Source: Octopus bimaculoides
Lineage: Eukaryota
Direction of reading: 5' to 3'
Length of the DNA stretch: 64,000 nt
Assembly (NCBI RefSeq): GCF_001194135.2
Contig: NC_068986.1
Coordinates: 83,081,041 to 83,145,040, forward strand
In this document: piece after piece, positions 13,437 to 27,335 of the stretch
Numbering within the stretch: the stretch's first letter is position 1
Layout: every line of letters begins with the position of its first letter
The notes under the pieces: generated by a model
What the model saw: the letters and a program-made list of their open reading frames with translations, nothing else
The model's database searches: none
Told to the model about the DNA's origin: nothing
Program-made: the position numbers and the translations under genes

Positions 13437-14482
13437 ATACTCTCCACTTTATTTAGTTGAGGGTTTTTTTGCCTTTTTCTTGTTTCCTTCTTGCTATTCT
13501 TTTCTTATCTTGCAGGTTACTTGGTTATGTCACAAGTGCCAGTGGTAGGTAAAAAGCATCCAGTACACTCAGTAAACCAATTGGCTTTAGGAAGGTATCC
13601 AACCACAGAAATCATGCCAAAGTTGACATTAGATGTAGCCCTGTAGTTTGCCAGATCCTCTCAAATTATCTAACCCATGTCAGCATGAAAAATGGACAGT
13701 TAAATGATGATGATCTCTCCAATATATCTTCATTCCAGTTAAAATTTCACTGAAGCATCTTCAATCATATTTTTCACATTATTTCCCAATGGTAACATCA
13801 CATTTTAAAAAAGAAGACTGGTCAAGACCTAATCTCACTAATACATGTAAGGGGAATTAAATATTGAAGATCCCTAAAATAAACTTTATGAGCTGCTAAC
13901 AATATTAAGTGAATAAAAGAAGATAGTGGACTGATGGAAATAATGACAAACACCAAAGAGTTACAGTAGATACCACTCCACTTAGGTTAACAAAATAAAT
14001 ACATTGAAGAACCTCTCCTACAAAAGCTGGCTTAAGTGATAGACTTAAACTATCTCCTGGTCTAACACCATCTCTAGCAAGTATTCAGATGAGATCTCTG
14101 ACCTGTGTATAACTCCATATCTTGATATGCTACTTCTTACTGCACCTTCTGTGTAGTATCACTGCTTGTGAGAAAATGCAGAAGGAAGTGGTTTTCCAAC
14201 AAGGGACCATCTACCAGATACAACAGGGGCTTGGCCCCATTAGTAATATTTCAAGGAGTTGTTCTATTTGTTGGCAAACTCATTAGCAACCCTTGATTTC
14301 CAGCTTGGCTCCTTAAAGGAATCAAAGTAGTGGTTAGCAGCAACTCATAAATCATGACTTTCTGCTCTTGTTCTTCATCTGACTGGGAGCTCCTGCACCA
14401 GTTCCCCTTTCACCATGCCATAAAAACATAAATAAAACAGCATGAAAGTGACAGTTGTTGATACATCATCTAATGAACTAGT

Positions 14483-14869
14483 AACTCTTTATTTGTTTCA
14501 GTCATTTAACTGTGGCCATGCTGGAGCACCGCCTTTAGTCGAGCAAATCGACCCCGGGACTTATTCTTTGTAAGCTTAGTACTTATTCTATCGGTCTCTT
14601 TTGCTGAACCGCTAAGTGACGGGGACATAAACACACGGTTGTCAAGCAATGCTAGGGGGACAAACACATATACATATNNNNNNNNNNNNNNNNNNNNNNN
14701 NNNNNNNNNTATATATATACACACACATATATACGACGGGCTTCTTTCAGTTTCCGTCTACCAAATCCACTCACAAGGCTTTGGTCGGCCCGAGGCTATA
14801 GTAGAAGGTGCCACGCAGTGGGACTGAACCCGGAACCATGTGGTTGGTAAGCAAGCTACTTACCACAGG
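14483..14869 (-). mobile_element. Near full-length tRNA/CORE-type SINE, inverted relative to 11195-11590
   Basis: Reverse complement of the same consensus; a small N gap falls in the internal microsatellite. Confidence 0.9.
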
Positions 14870-17078
14870 AGAGGTTTCTAAGATTATGACAATATGAATT
14901 TCATTACTTACAAGTGTAGTAGTTAAGAAATAAAAGGTTTTAGCAAGTGAACCATAGATCATACTTGCGAATACTCTCAGAAACTTTGTGTTGTGTTTGT
15001 AGATAAAGTAAATTACGATGTGTCCCAGTCTATAAAACTACTTAATGACTAAATGAAGACTATACAGAATCTTTAGGACAAACAAAAATTCATATAAATG
15101 AATTTGGACAGCTGCATTTAAAACATTCGAATTTATAGTTAGAGTTTGAAAACTAGGATAAGGATAGAGAATTTAGAAATATGTTTCAAATCATTTTAAT
15201 TTTTGACACTACCTCTGGTTCCATGTTTCTAACTCACCTACAATCATGTATTTTAGTGATCGTATCCAAATTAAAACCCTGACTGAAATTTTGTTATTAT
15301 ATGCATGATAAGTGATATTTTAGTAGGTAAACATTTTAAGTTGTGTTTAAAACACTAGTTTATTTATATATATAAAAAGATACTTTTTTTGGTAAATCCT
15401 ATAAAATTGTTGATTATTTTGAAAATAAAAGGAAACACATTGTTAAAAGTTTTGGTCACATGAATTAATCTTGTTTTAGAGCCAGATGTATGTTGTAATA
15501 TCACTGCTGCCTCAAGTGTGAAAAACATAGTTAGTTTTCTATGTGTTCCTCTTCTAAACCAACTGCAAGTTTTTTGTTGAAACACTTTTATTCCAATAGG
15601 GTTCAATCTCAAGGCTGTAAGTAAAATCAAACATCATATGAGTTTAACAATCCATGAATAAGTTGCTCTTTATGAATAAACTAGCTTAAAAACTGCACTC
15701 TGAGTGGACTTTTAAGCTAGCTCCTGTGGAGGGCTAATTGGGCTTGTGGCCCAAAACTAAAGAGACCAATAATAATAAAGCATTTATTGGTGCCCAACCA
15801 ATATGGTATTACTTTAAATTCAGTTTAAATAAAAAAACTTGTAAGTTTACAAATTTTTGGAGTTATTTTAAAATTTGAATTTTTAACTGTTAGCATATAA
15901 CAAATCCTCTTCCAGACCTGATCCCAATACTGGATGTTCAAGTACCAAATGAAGGGAAGATTTTCATTCCTGGGATCATCCTGGTTCCAAATAAGTATAT
16001 ACCTATGTAGGGCAAATGTAGACTGAGATACAGGGGTCCTGGATGGACAGACAGGCAGAATTTTATATTTATTATTATAGAAGGCCAGATTGACCCAAGG
16101 AAATATTTGAACTCAGAATAAAAGACTCTGAAGTTGTTATTGGTTAAGTTGAATTCTGACACATGTTTCTTCAACTCAGTAACTCTTTGTAATGAAATCT
16201 CTTCTTCTCACAATGAAAAGACAATTAAGCTCACCAAGTGTGGTTGCTTTTTGTCACCTGTTCTCTTTACTTACTGTTTTCCACCTTGTCCTCTCTTTAT
16301 CTGAATATGACCTTTTCCTTTCACTTGGCTTAATGGATTGGCTTGTTTTACCTTCCTTCTCCAATTCTAATTTCCTTCGCTTTTGCTCACCTTACACACC
16401 AGACTTCTGAATCTCTCAAGTCACCCACCTCTCTCTGTCCACACTTCACATTCCAACATTACCCTTTCAATTCAATTCCTTCATTATTTACTTGCCTCTA
16501 ACCCAGTAGTCTTTCTTAGTCTCAGATGGAGAGCAAGGTCCCTTCCTCACCCTGAAACAATTGAATTTATATCAAACTCTTCTTTGAACTCTCCTAAGAA
16601 GTCAAATCTGACTGAATTACATTTACTCTGAATCTTTTCATAAATAACAGCGATAGCAGCACTGTTGTTGTTGCTGCTGCTACTACTACTACTACTACTG
16701 GTGGTGGTGTTGGTGGTGGTGGTGGTGGTATTTCATGATTTTATTCGTGTACTAGTGATTTAAGTAAGAAAAGATATACATCTTATGGGAGGATTTGGGC
16801 TCAATATTTGCAATTAAAGAAACCTTAGTGAGTTATGTATTACTCTGCTATTTACAACAGTGAGCTGTGTCTCTTATGGTAGCTATTTACATTGAACCAT
16901 TGGTGGTACACAGCACAATACCAATAACAGGATGCACTCCATCAGTTTTTATGCTGATAGACCAGCTTCTTATTGACTGAACAAATTGAGTCTCTCTTCC
17001 AATAAACTCTATGTTTTTTTTCTACTCTTTAAAAACAACAACAAAAATAAAAAAGAAATAAAGATTAAAAAATCTTAC

Positions 17079-17288
17079 ATGTCCACCAAGATTGAAATAA
17101 GCATGGTTGGTAAGATTAATTGGTGTTGCTTTTGTTGTGGTAGCCATGTAGTCAACTTTGAGACAGTTGTCATCAGTAAGTTCATAGGTCACGGTGATGG
17201 TCAGTTCACCTGGAAAACCACTCTGTCCACAAGGGCTAACATATGTCAATGATACTTTGGACCCATCAATAGAAGGTTTCCAGTGCAC
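17079..17288 (-). CDS. GALM: GALM exon with the catalytic His (NLTNHAYFNL)
   Basis: VHWKPSIDGSKVSLTYVSPCGQSGFPGELTITVTYELTDDNCLKVDYMATTTKATPINLTNHAYFNLGGH; ag/gtaag boundaries; 210 nt, phase 0 to 0. Confidence 0.97.
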
Positions 17289-17344
17289 CTAAAAATACAA
17301 ATTTAAAAGTCGCTTTCATATCTAGAAGATAATTTTATTATCAC

Positions 17345-17395
<51 letters not shown>

Positions 17396-18166
17396 CACAA
17401 TCATATATGTCTTTTATTGAGCCAGTTGATGTTCCTTTTTTTTTTTTTTACATAAGTAGGCATGAAAATTTAGCATATTTAAAACATTAAATCACCACAG
17501 ATGAATATTCAGACGCTATTCACATAATAAGCAATAATTAAGTGAGTGTTAACATATTTAACACACTAAACATCAAAACTATAATTAATTATGTGCATAA
17601 TCATTTCAATCATTTCTAATTAAATTTGTTATGCTCACTGTATTTAAATATGTTAACACTAACCTCTTATCTACAATTCTGATTCTGTTCTACATGGCCT
17701 AAATACAAATTTTAACAAAATTCAAGGGAATTAACAGAAATGTAGCACAAACATTATTTTTCTTGCATTAATATCGATATATATATTCATTTTCTTAGTA
17801 ACTTTAGTAGTTTTAGTAAATTCACAATAACTACAATGTATTACTTGAATATTTAGATTCTACAGACTAAACCTATATAAAAGAAATCTATTTAATCCTA
17901 CAACACCTAAATTATCAATATGCACAAAAAACATTATTGATGTTTTTCAGCTTATTTAAACACAAAGAATATACATAATATAAAAAACAAATTTTCTTAC
18001 ACAAATGCACAAACATACATGTGCGCGCACACACACACACACACATATTTTGTGATTCTGCTTAGCTATAGCAATACTAATGACTAGATGTTATAACTTA
18101 ATATACTTAGTGTCTACAGTAAACCATCAGGTCAGTAGAAGATTTTAAGATGTTGCATTGGAACTT

Positions 18167-18210
18167 AGCTCTGAGTGAAAGTTTACTCATTGCAGAAACA
18201 GCTGTAAGCT
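18167..18210 (+). ncRNA. Degenerate hammerhead ribozyme relic with a deleted core
   Basis: agct-CTGAg..tgaaagtttactcattgca-GAAA-CAGCTG-TA-agct has the same stem III/GUA signature and an intact stem I as the other copies, but the CUGAUGA box and 5' stem II strand are partly deleted. Confidence 0.5.
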
Positions 18211-18264
18211 GATGAAAGTAACTATGTAACTCCTTTTGCCACTAATTTGTTAATTGATATATAT

Positions 18265-19350
18265 ATCATCATCATCATCATCCTTTGTTAAACGTCTGCT
18301 TTCCATGATGGCATGGGTTGGACAATTTGACTGAGGACTGGCGAACCAGATGGCTGCACCAGGCAGAGTTTCTACAGCTGGATGCCCTTCCTAACACCAA
18401 CCATTCCGAGAGTGTAGTGGGTGCTTTTGTGTGTCACCGGCATGAGGGCCAGTCAGGCGGTACTGGCAACAGCCATGCTCAAATGGTGTTTTTTACATGC
18501 CACCTGCACAGGAGGCAGTCCAGCAGCACTGGCAACGATCTCGCTCAAACGTTTTTTCACGTGCCACCAGCACAAGTGCCAGTAAGGTGACGCTGGTAAC
18601 GATCACACTCAAATGGTGATTTTTATGTGCCACCGGCATGGAAGCCAGTCAGCTGCTCAGGTAATGATCACGCTCGAATGGTGCTCTTAGCACTCCACTA
18701 GCACGGATGCCAGTCATTGAATATGATTTCGATTTCGATTTCATTTGCCTCAACAGGTCTTTGCAAGCAGAGTTTAGTGTCCAATGAAGGAAAGACATGC
18801 ATAAGTGGGCTGGTTACACCCCTGGCAGAGGCCTTGGATTTAGGTCTCACTTGGCTTGCTGGGTTTTCTCACGCACAGCATATTTCCAAAGGTCTCTGTC
18901 AGAAGTCATCGCCTCGGTGAGGCCCAATGTTCGAAGGTTGTGCCTCACCACCTCATCCCATGTCTTCCTGGATCTACCTCTTCCACGGGTTCCCTCCACA
19001 GTTAGAGATCAGCACTTTTTTCACACAGCTATCCTCATCCATTTTCGCCTAATACAATACCAGTGCAGTTGTCTCTCTTCCACACCACATCTAATGCTTC
19101 TTAGGTCCAACTTTTCTCTCAAGGTACTTACACTCTGTCTAGTATGCACATTGACATTACACATCCAGCGGAGCATACTGGTTTCATTCCTTGCAAGCTT
19201 ACGCATGTCTTCAGCAGTCATGGCCCATGTTTCACTGCCATCCAGCATGACTGTTTGTACACATGCATCATACAGTCTGCCTTTTACTCTGAGTGAGAAG
19301 CGCTTTGTCACCAGCAGAAGTAAGAGCTCTCTGAACTTTGCCCAGGCCAT
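18265..19350 (-). mobile_element. 5'-truncated RTE-clade LINE (ORF C-terminus, 3' UTR and (GAT)n tail)
   Basis: AWAKFRELLLLLVTKRFSLRVKGRLYDACVQTVMLDGSETWAMTAEDMRKLARNETSMLRWMC...LHWY is the typical RTE post-RT region. It is followed by a 3' UTR with tandem units, the GGATGCCCTTCC motif and a (GAT)n tail. Confidence 0.92.
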
Positions 19351-19973
19351 TCTTATGTCAATAATTCAGAAACAACTGCTAGATATTATAATTGCTTGTA
19401 TGCAATAACGTTGTTCAAACATAAAGAATCCTTAGAGATCATGCAACCTTTCAGTTTAGTTGTTTATTCCCATAAGAGTATCATATTTGGAGTGTCAAGA
19501 ACTATTAACTCTATATGGTTAAACAATAATAAAAGTTTGAATGCTACTGCCTGTTATCAAAAAAAAACTACTTTATATATGTAAGGCCATGGGAAGTAAC
19601 AAGGAAGAATTAGTAGAAACTTAATAGAATCACAGTCACAATGAATGCCCCCAAGAAAAGATTATCTAATTTAATTCCAGTTCTATCTCAAATGGAGGAA
19701 TATATTTGGTATGATTCAGTTTTAAAATTCAAAAGCCTGCAATTCTCTGATAGATCCATAACACTCAATGGTACATTCTAATTTTATGGTAGATCAAAGA
19801 TATTATTTCTTTCTGGATGAGATACTAGTCTTTCATGTATAATACTATCAGAAGAGCTGGTTCCAATTCCTAGCAAAAAAGTATAAAGAATTTTGTGCCC
19901 TGAAAGATGTAGGGGACTCTAAGTAGAGATAGTAGCTTTGGTATCTAGCATGCTACTCCCTAAATCTCACATG

Positions 19974-20421
19974 TGTTGGCTTCAAGTGCCACACCCCAGT
20001 ACATCACTTCAGTTGGCTAATACACATGAAGGGATGGTATTGACACTGCACCAACAGGCAAGCAGGGAAACTGCAGCAACAGCCAATGGCTAGGGTGAAG
20101 GAGTTTCAAGAAGACCAATGACCAGGTGTCCATGACTGAAGGCAACTCACACTATAAAATACAGACCTTGGTTAGCATTTAACAGAGACAGCTTCACTTA
20201 GCCTCTTTCCTAATTGTAAAATGGTTGGGCTTTAGTTTAATATCCTGACTCCAGAAAAATGTACAAAGTGCATGGCCCAACACAGGAGCAAGCGACACTA
20301 AAATGTTTGATTTGAACTCAAGACCTGAATCCTGTACACTTTACTAAATCCCCTAAATTTGTTATTTATATAATTCTACATTATTTTCTTTCACATTTCT
20401 ACTGTAGTCATAATCCTAACA
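19974..20421 (+). mobile_element. Possible solo LTR
   Basis: TGTTGG...CCTAACA termini, internal CCAAT boxes (near 20082 and 20115) and TATAAAA (near 20152), higher GC than the flanks. No TSD found. Confidence 0.3.
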
Positions 20422-21244
20422 TTGTGACATTTAAATATGTAGTATTTATTTTATTATTTACCAATTTCTAAAAAAAACTGAAATTTTTTATTTGGATCCT
20501 CTTCTTATAATTAATCATTAGCAAAGTTGACTGGGGGTGCATTTAGCATATTCTTTTATGGCTTAGTCAGGTGGAAGTTAGGGCAATGCCTATGACCTAC
20601 ACAGGCCCTCCAAGAGTTGTGATTCATTTTCTTCTTGAATGTTTGCAGGAAAATGTGTAAAGAAAAGAATGTAATGGTTGACATTCTAGGAAGTAAGAAT
20701 TTGGCAATGTGGTTAGTGTAAAGGCAAGACATTGAAATACAGTAGGTGATAAGAGGAGGAAAGATGGGTGTATTAGGTAGGCTTTGGTGGAGGTGGTATG
20801 CAACTAGCAAATTCAGAGGAGCAGAGGCCACTGATATAAATCAGCAGATGAAGAGTTCTTTCTAATCAGTTTTTATTTCAAAGTCACAGTTCTTGTAAAC
20901 GGCTTACTCCTTTGCGATGTAAGGCACCTCAGATATTAGGGTAGCTGTTTTTTACTCTGACAGGTTTCTTCAGAAAACTGCTTTTCTTAAGTGGTTGCCT
21001 TCACTGCAGCTAAAAAGAAAGGTCATTGCCCTTATAGGTGAATATTTAGTTTAAAATAGAGCATGAAAAAAGGGAGGATTAATAGAGTTAGGTTACACAG
21101 CAGTTGTTCAGTACAAAAGTTGGTTATTGGAACACTAAGACTGTCAGTGTTTTTCAATGTGGAGAATGGCAATATTTTGGTGGTGCATGGTTTCTTCAGA
21201 ACAAGGGAATAAAACTTGTAATAAGGTCTTAATTAAAACTTCTT

Positions 21245-21285
<41 letters not shown>

Positions 21286-21470
21286 TGCTATGTGTTAACT
21301 TTGTTTTTTCATGGTGGGGTACAACTTTTTTAGAAACTGCAGTGGAGCATGTGATAAAATCAGTTGAAAAACTCTTGATTGCATAGTGGAAATGACAAGC
21401 GGTGAGTGGTTGGTTATTTATGTAAACATCTAAGCAATATATATGTATACATACATACATACATACATAC

Positions 21471-21473
<3 letters not shown>

Positions 21474-21553
<80 letters not shown>
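21474..21553. repeat. (AAT)n microsatellite next to (TACA)n
   Basis: Direct reading. Representative of dozens of (TA)n, (CA)n, (GA)n, (TATC)n, (TACA)n and (CAT)n tracts in the window. Confidence 0.98.
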
Positions 21554-24500
21554 GGAAGAAATTAAAGCCAACAAAATTAAAAACACTTAAGAAAACTTAC
21601 AATATAGATATATAGTTAAAAGTAACTGTGCATCAAAGATTTCAGCAGACGTACATTGTAAAGATAATTGTGTAAATATGGGCATATTTTGCAAAAGGAT
21701 ATGGATGAAAAAAAGTGCTGTGTACTGACTGTTTAAGATACACATGGAAAATACAGACTAAATCATGAAAAAAGTGGTGAAGGGGTAGATCTCTAAATGT
21801 TGAGCTTCACAATTGAGATGTGATAGTCTCAACAGATGTACCTCAGCTCCATCTAATCTATACAAGCATGGGAAAATATAAAGTAAAGGACAAGGATTTT
21901 ATAAAATAATGATATGCACATACTGTACATAACATGCTCCATTGATTCTAGCTTAAATATTTAAGATAGAAAGTCATTTGAATTCAAATCAAGATTAAAG
22001 CTAATCACCAGATTATGGACACTTTGTTTGCAAGTAAAGCTAATTAGTTAGTATCCAGATAATTTCATGATTGAAACTATCGCCAAAGAAAATAGGCTTT
22101 AATAATTTTCAAAAGAAAATTATACACAAAACCATAACAATTGGTATTAACACATGTTCAGAACAGACTGTCTTTGGAAATCTTTATATAATTATTATTT
22201 GGTTCTCAATAAAGAATATGTTGCAGAGCTGCAGAATGTTTTAAACTTAGAAGAAAGTCCATAAGTAAAAAAAAAACCATAAAGATCAATAAAAGATCAT
22301 AAAGATAAAAAAAAAAACAAAGTTCAAAATAATAAAAAACATTCTATTTCCATCAGAGAAGCAGCCTTGCTTTATATCCAGGGAAGAGAGTAGATACAGC
22401 AAGCCAATGCTATATTTTCAATGCAAGAAATGAACACAAAAAGTGGAGTGACAGACTGACACAAAACAAAAGATTTTAGATATGACAGCAGATGTACACG
22501 AATAACTTTAGGGTCCAGATAGCTAGCTAGATGCATCAGATAGTTTTTGTTACCTGTGTGACCTAATTAGTGAAGATAGCTGCAGTAAAAGTACTATGTG
22601 GATTATAGGTTGTGATGCTGCATGTCAGTGGAATATCATGACTAAATAAAGAGGAACTGTAAATGCTGAAGATAAATTAGATATATATGAAAGTGAAATA
22701 TAAACTGGCAATAAAGGTCAAGTGAACTAAAGGAACAATTAGTTGATCCTTCTATCAACAGAAATAGTTGTAAGATTTCCCTTCTGGCAGGGACCATGAA
22801 AATTCTAGCTCACATTCTCCTCTCCAGATTGGTCTTCCTGCTCATGAAGAAAGTTCTCCTGGAGTCGTGGTGTGGTTTCTACAGGAATTGTGATTCCATT
22901 GATATGATCTTTGTTGCATGCCTAGTTCAAGAGAAATGTCAACAACAGCATTATGATCTCTGATTTTTGTTCATCTATCAAAAGTATTCAACACTGTAAA
23001 TCACAAGTTTCTCTGCAGTCTTCTGCAGAAGCTTGAACAATAAGTACACAGAACAATTTTCAACTCATCCAACAATTTCATGAAGGTATGAAAGTTCATG
23101 TGGTCATCAGCAGTTGAGACTGTTTTCATGTCAGCATTGGTGTGAAACAAGGCTCTGTACTTGCTCCAGTTCTCAAAGGGGATGACAGACCAAGATTAAA
23201 TTGCCAAGAAATAGTATAATTATTAGAATATGTTGATAAATGTCTCTTTCTAATATATGCATTGAAATGGGTAACTGTACTTGCAAATGTTTATATTTAT
23301 GTATGTGTATACACATGGCATATTTTTATAGATTTTAGTCAATGAAAACCCTTTACATGATTGTTTGACTTGCTAGACATAGCTGTTTCAGACCATACCA
23401 TCCAAGAAAAGGACACCCATGTAGTCCTAGGTGTACCTTACCTGTGAAAAAGTAAAATGGTTAGTTGGAATACTTTTAATTATAGAACTACTTGATCAAG
23501 GCTGGCACAGAGTTAAACAACATTGTTAATATATTGTTAATATATAATATTTAATTTTAACAATTTTCAAGTACATGTATGGACATTTTTATATTGAAAA
23601 CTTTTGCTTATATCCAAGAAAAGGTATTCAAAATAGCTATAAAGAAGTTGTGGTCAAGTGATATGATACATCATGTGAAAAGAGCCCACAGGATGGGAAA
23701 GGAGCTAAGTAGATTAGTAAGTGAATGGTATTAATTTAAGGGGAGACAGCCCAAATGAAAGGTAATAGTAATTAAAGAAACAGAGGATATAAACTCAGAA
23801 ATGAAGTTGGGTCATTTTTACTTTACTATTTTCTTTGGAAGGATTCCAAAATGGAGTTAAGTTGAAAAGTTGCAATAACCCTTTTAGCACAGGCTTTAGC
23901 AGAGATGGAGGTGGTATGCAACTAACAAATTCAAGGGAACAGAGGCCATTACTGATAAGATCCAATTAAGACCAAAGCATGTATGTAGTTGACTGTTGAC
24001 AAAGATCAGATTTTCCCTAAAGCACATAAACTAATTTTGTGAAATTAATTCTTAATTTCTTGAAATTATCTTCCCTTTTCTTTCAAAGTTACAAACAATT
24101 ATTGATAAGCTTCTGTTTTCTTTTGCCAGCAAAGAGGAAAAATTTCAATTCATTAAGATTTTTTTATTTTTGATACATATACATCATCTCTTAACTTATT
24201 TAAGAAGAGATATAAAGTAGTTATTGATTTATCAACTGGTTATAAAAAAATGAAAATAAAACTCAATTTATACATATTTCTCCATATTAACATAAATAAA
24301 AGTTAATATTTTCATGATTTTCTTCTTTCTTATTCAAATAACTTAATAGCTGTGTTATTTATTTAAAAATTTATTTTATGCAGCAATTTGTGAACAATTG
24401 TGCCATTGGTTACAGGCTTTTATGGGATCAATAACAAGTTCACTGCATTTCTGATTATGAGATTATTGAGAGAATAATTCAGTTTAAAGGGCTTTTTTCC

Positions 24501-24914
24501 CATGGTTTCATTCCCATGGTTTCATTTTTGCAAGACTTTAAAGTGTATTACTTTTTCACCAATATTGAATCATTTACTATTATGCCATGACAAAAGACAC
24601 ACATATGTGATGGACTTCTGCAATGTTACCATCTGCTAAATTCCAGACATACAGTATTAGGACTTAATCAAATCAATAATGGAAGAACCTGTTCAAGGTA
24701 CCAAACAGTGAAATCAAACCTGAAATTTCTTAACTGCTCAGCCACAATTGCACCATGTTTAAAAGAACTGATGTTTTAATAGCGATAGTCTGTTTAAGGA
24801 AAAAGGTGAGTCTGCTGTTTGTTCCTTTACAACTGTAACAACCTCAGCACTTTTGAACATGCTGGTCTTCCCATAATCTTCTTTGATCCTATTCATCATG
24901 ATATTCAAGAGGTC

Positions 24915-25080
24915 AGGCATGGCTGTGTAGTTAAGAAATTTGCTTCCCAACCACATGGTTCCAGTGTCAGTCCCACTGCATGGCATTTTGGACAAGTGTC
25001 ATCTATTATAGCCCCTGTCCAACCAAAGCCTTGTGAGTGAATTTAGTAGACAGAGGCTGAAAGAAGCCTATTGTATGTGT
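24915..25080 (+). mobile_element. CORE-type SINE, 5' half
   Basis: ggcatggctgtgtagttaagaaatttgcttcccaaccacatgg...ggacaagtgtc...caaagccttgtgagtg. Confidence 0.8.
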
Positions 25081-25716
25081 GTATATATAAAAGGTAAAAT
25101 ATTCACTGTTTAAAAGTAAATGTTGTGTTAGAACACACAATACTGCAATATTTACCAAGAGAGAAACTTTCATATGGTTTTTTTGGTGCACAAAAACACA
25201 TCATAAGTATCGTCAGTGGTAGACAATTACCACTACTTTCACTGCCAGGACTACCAGACCATATGATTTCAGCCTCATTTTACCTTATCAGTGGTAGAAT
25301 ATTTTACCTTTTGGTATTAATACTGGCTTCTGTCATGCTCTTTCTCTTGCTCTCGTCATCATTATCATCATTATTTATTACCTGTTGTTCATGCTGGTAT
25401 GGGTTGGATAATATTTAAAATCGTATTATTTAAAATTGAAGTTGAAAATCATATTATTTAAAATTGTCAGTTGAAAAGAACCGATGAAACAAAACCAATT
25501 TCAAATGTGTATTTATCAATATAATTGTATATTTATAAATATAGCCTTATTTTTGTCCCAATCTCAACCAAAACTGTTCGATGAATAGGAACGTGAAACT
25601 CTGAGTAAGAGTTTTTGTGATGTATTTGCTGCATTATTAATATAGCATATTACTCTACCTCCAGTATTCGAGTACTATTTTTTCCACCTTGTTTCACATT
25701 TATATATATATATATA

Positions 25717-26790
25717 CAGGGGTTGGACAAAATAATGGAAACACCTTAAAATTTCAAATAAATTTATTTTAATATGGGGTAGGACTACCTTTGGCAGTAA
25801 TTACAGCTTGAATTCTATGAGGTATGGACTCGTACAAGCTTTGAATTGCTTCCAAAGGAATTTTGTCCGTTCTTCTGCTAAAACAGTCTCCAGTTCTTGT
25901 AGTGATGATGGTGGATGATATTGACTCCTTACTTGTTTTTCTAAAATGCACCATAAATGTTCAATAATATTGAGATCTGGGGACTGTGGTGGCCAGATAA
26001 GATGTTCAACTTCACTAGAATGTTCCTTGTGCCATTCAGTAACAACTTTAGTTGTGTGAATTGGTGCATTATCATTCTGAAAGATTGAGTTTCCCTCCAG
26101 AAACAGTTCTGCAACTGTAGGATGAATTTGATCAGACAAAATGCTTAAATAGTCTTGACTATTGATTCTGCTTTGAAGGGAAACCATTGGGCTGGTGGAT
26201 TTCCTACCACTCCCCTTCATCACAGATCCTTCTCCATGTTTAACAGTTGGAAGAAGGCAGTCTGGGTCAAATGCTTCTAGGGACCAATTCTATAGGTTTT
26301 TACTCCACTCTAAACTTTTGTTTTTGAAAGTAGCGTTTTTTCTGATTTGAACCCTCCTGTGAAATTCGGCTTTGTGCAGCTCCCGGCGAGCAGTTTTTGT
26401 GGAAACTAGGTTCTTGAAGTGGTCATTAAGCTCTGCAGTAATTTTGGGAGCTGTACTTTTGTTATCCTTTCTAACAATTCAAGTAAGAGTCCGACAGTCC
26501 TATCTGAAAGTTTTGGTTTTCTTCTGGAGTTTTGTTTCAACGACAAGGTTTTTCCCTCTTTCTCAAAGGCTGTCATTACTTTCAAGAGTAATGGCTGTTT
26601 TCATTAAGCCTGCGAACAATTTGACCTCATTGAAAGTCTGATAAATCTGTCATTTTAATGAATTTTAATTACCTTTTTCTGATGATATCTGAAAAGAAAC
26701 AGCAATTTTATCAAAAAATATTAAGCAACACTAATAATAAATAAAAAAACATGAAATTAAACAAGCTTTTGATGGTTTTATAGATATTTC
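25717..26790 (-). mobile_element. Tc1-family (DD34E-type) DNA transposon, degenerate
   Basis: Transposase IFQNDNAPIHT...IWPPQSPDLNIIEHLW...RIQAVITAKGSPTPY. TIR caggggttggacaaaataatggaaacacc follows a TA at 25717; the far end runs toward a gap. Confidence 0.92.
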
Positions 26791-26908
26791 AAAATTATGA
26801 TGCTATGATGCTAGNNNNNNNNNNNNNNNNNNNNNNNNNNNNNNNNNNNNNNNNNNNNNNNNNNNNNNNNNNNNNNNNNNNNNNNNNNNNNNNNNNNNNN
26901 NNNNNNNN

Positions 26909-26942
<34 letters not shown>

Positions 26943-26945
<3 letters not shown>

Positions 26946-27267
26946 TGCAAGTTACTTGGTGACACTGCCAGTGCTGGTGCCATATAAAAAGCATCCAGTC
27001 CACACTTTAAAGTGGTTGGCATTTGGAAGGGCTTCCAGCTGTAAAAACCATCCCAAAATTGCTCTTGCCTGTGCTGGTGGCATGTAAAAAACACTCAGTC
27101 CACTCTGCAGGGTGACTGGTGTTAGGAAGGACACCCAGCCATAAAAACCATGCCAAAACAAACACAGTAGTCTAATGCAGGCTCCTGCCTGGCCAGCTCC
27201 TATCAAATCGTCCAACTCATACCATCATGGAAAGCGGATTTTAAATGATGATTATGATTATGATGAT
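26943..27267 (+). mobile_element. RTE 3'-tail copy (diverged subfamily)
   Basis: gtggttggcatttggaagggcttccagctgtaaaaac...catggaaagcggattttaaatgatga. Confidence 0.8.
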
Positions 27268-27296
27268 ATATATATATATATATATAAAAACATATA

Positions 27297-27335
<39 letters not shown>

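Noticed and set aside
15930-16640. Possible decayed LINE ORF2 (also 13950-14430 and 22770-23190)
   Set aside because: Only hints such as GVKQGSVLAP near 23140 are readable; family and boundaries cannot be supported.
23341-23400. gaaacagcta on the minus strand resembling the hammerhead signature (also 7795-7810)
   Set aside because: No CUGANGA box, no stem II and no GUH in register.
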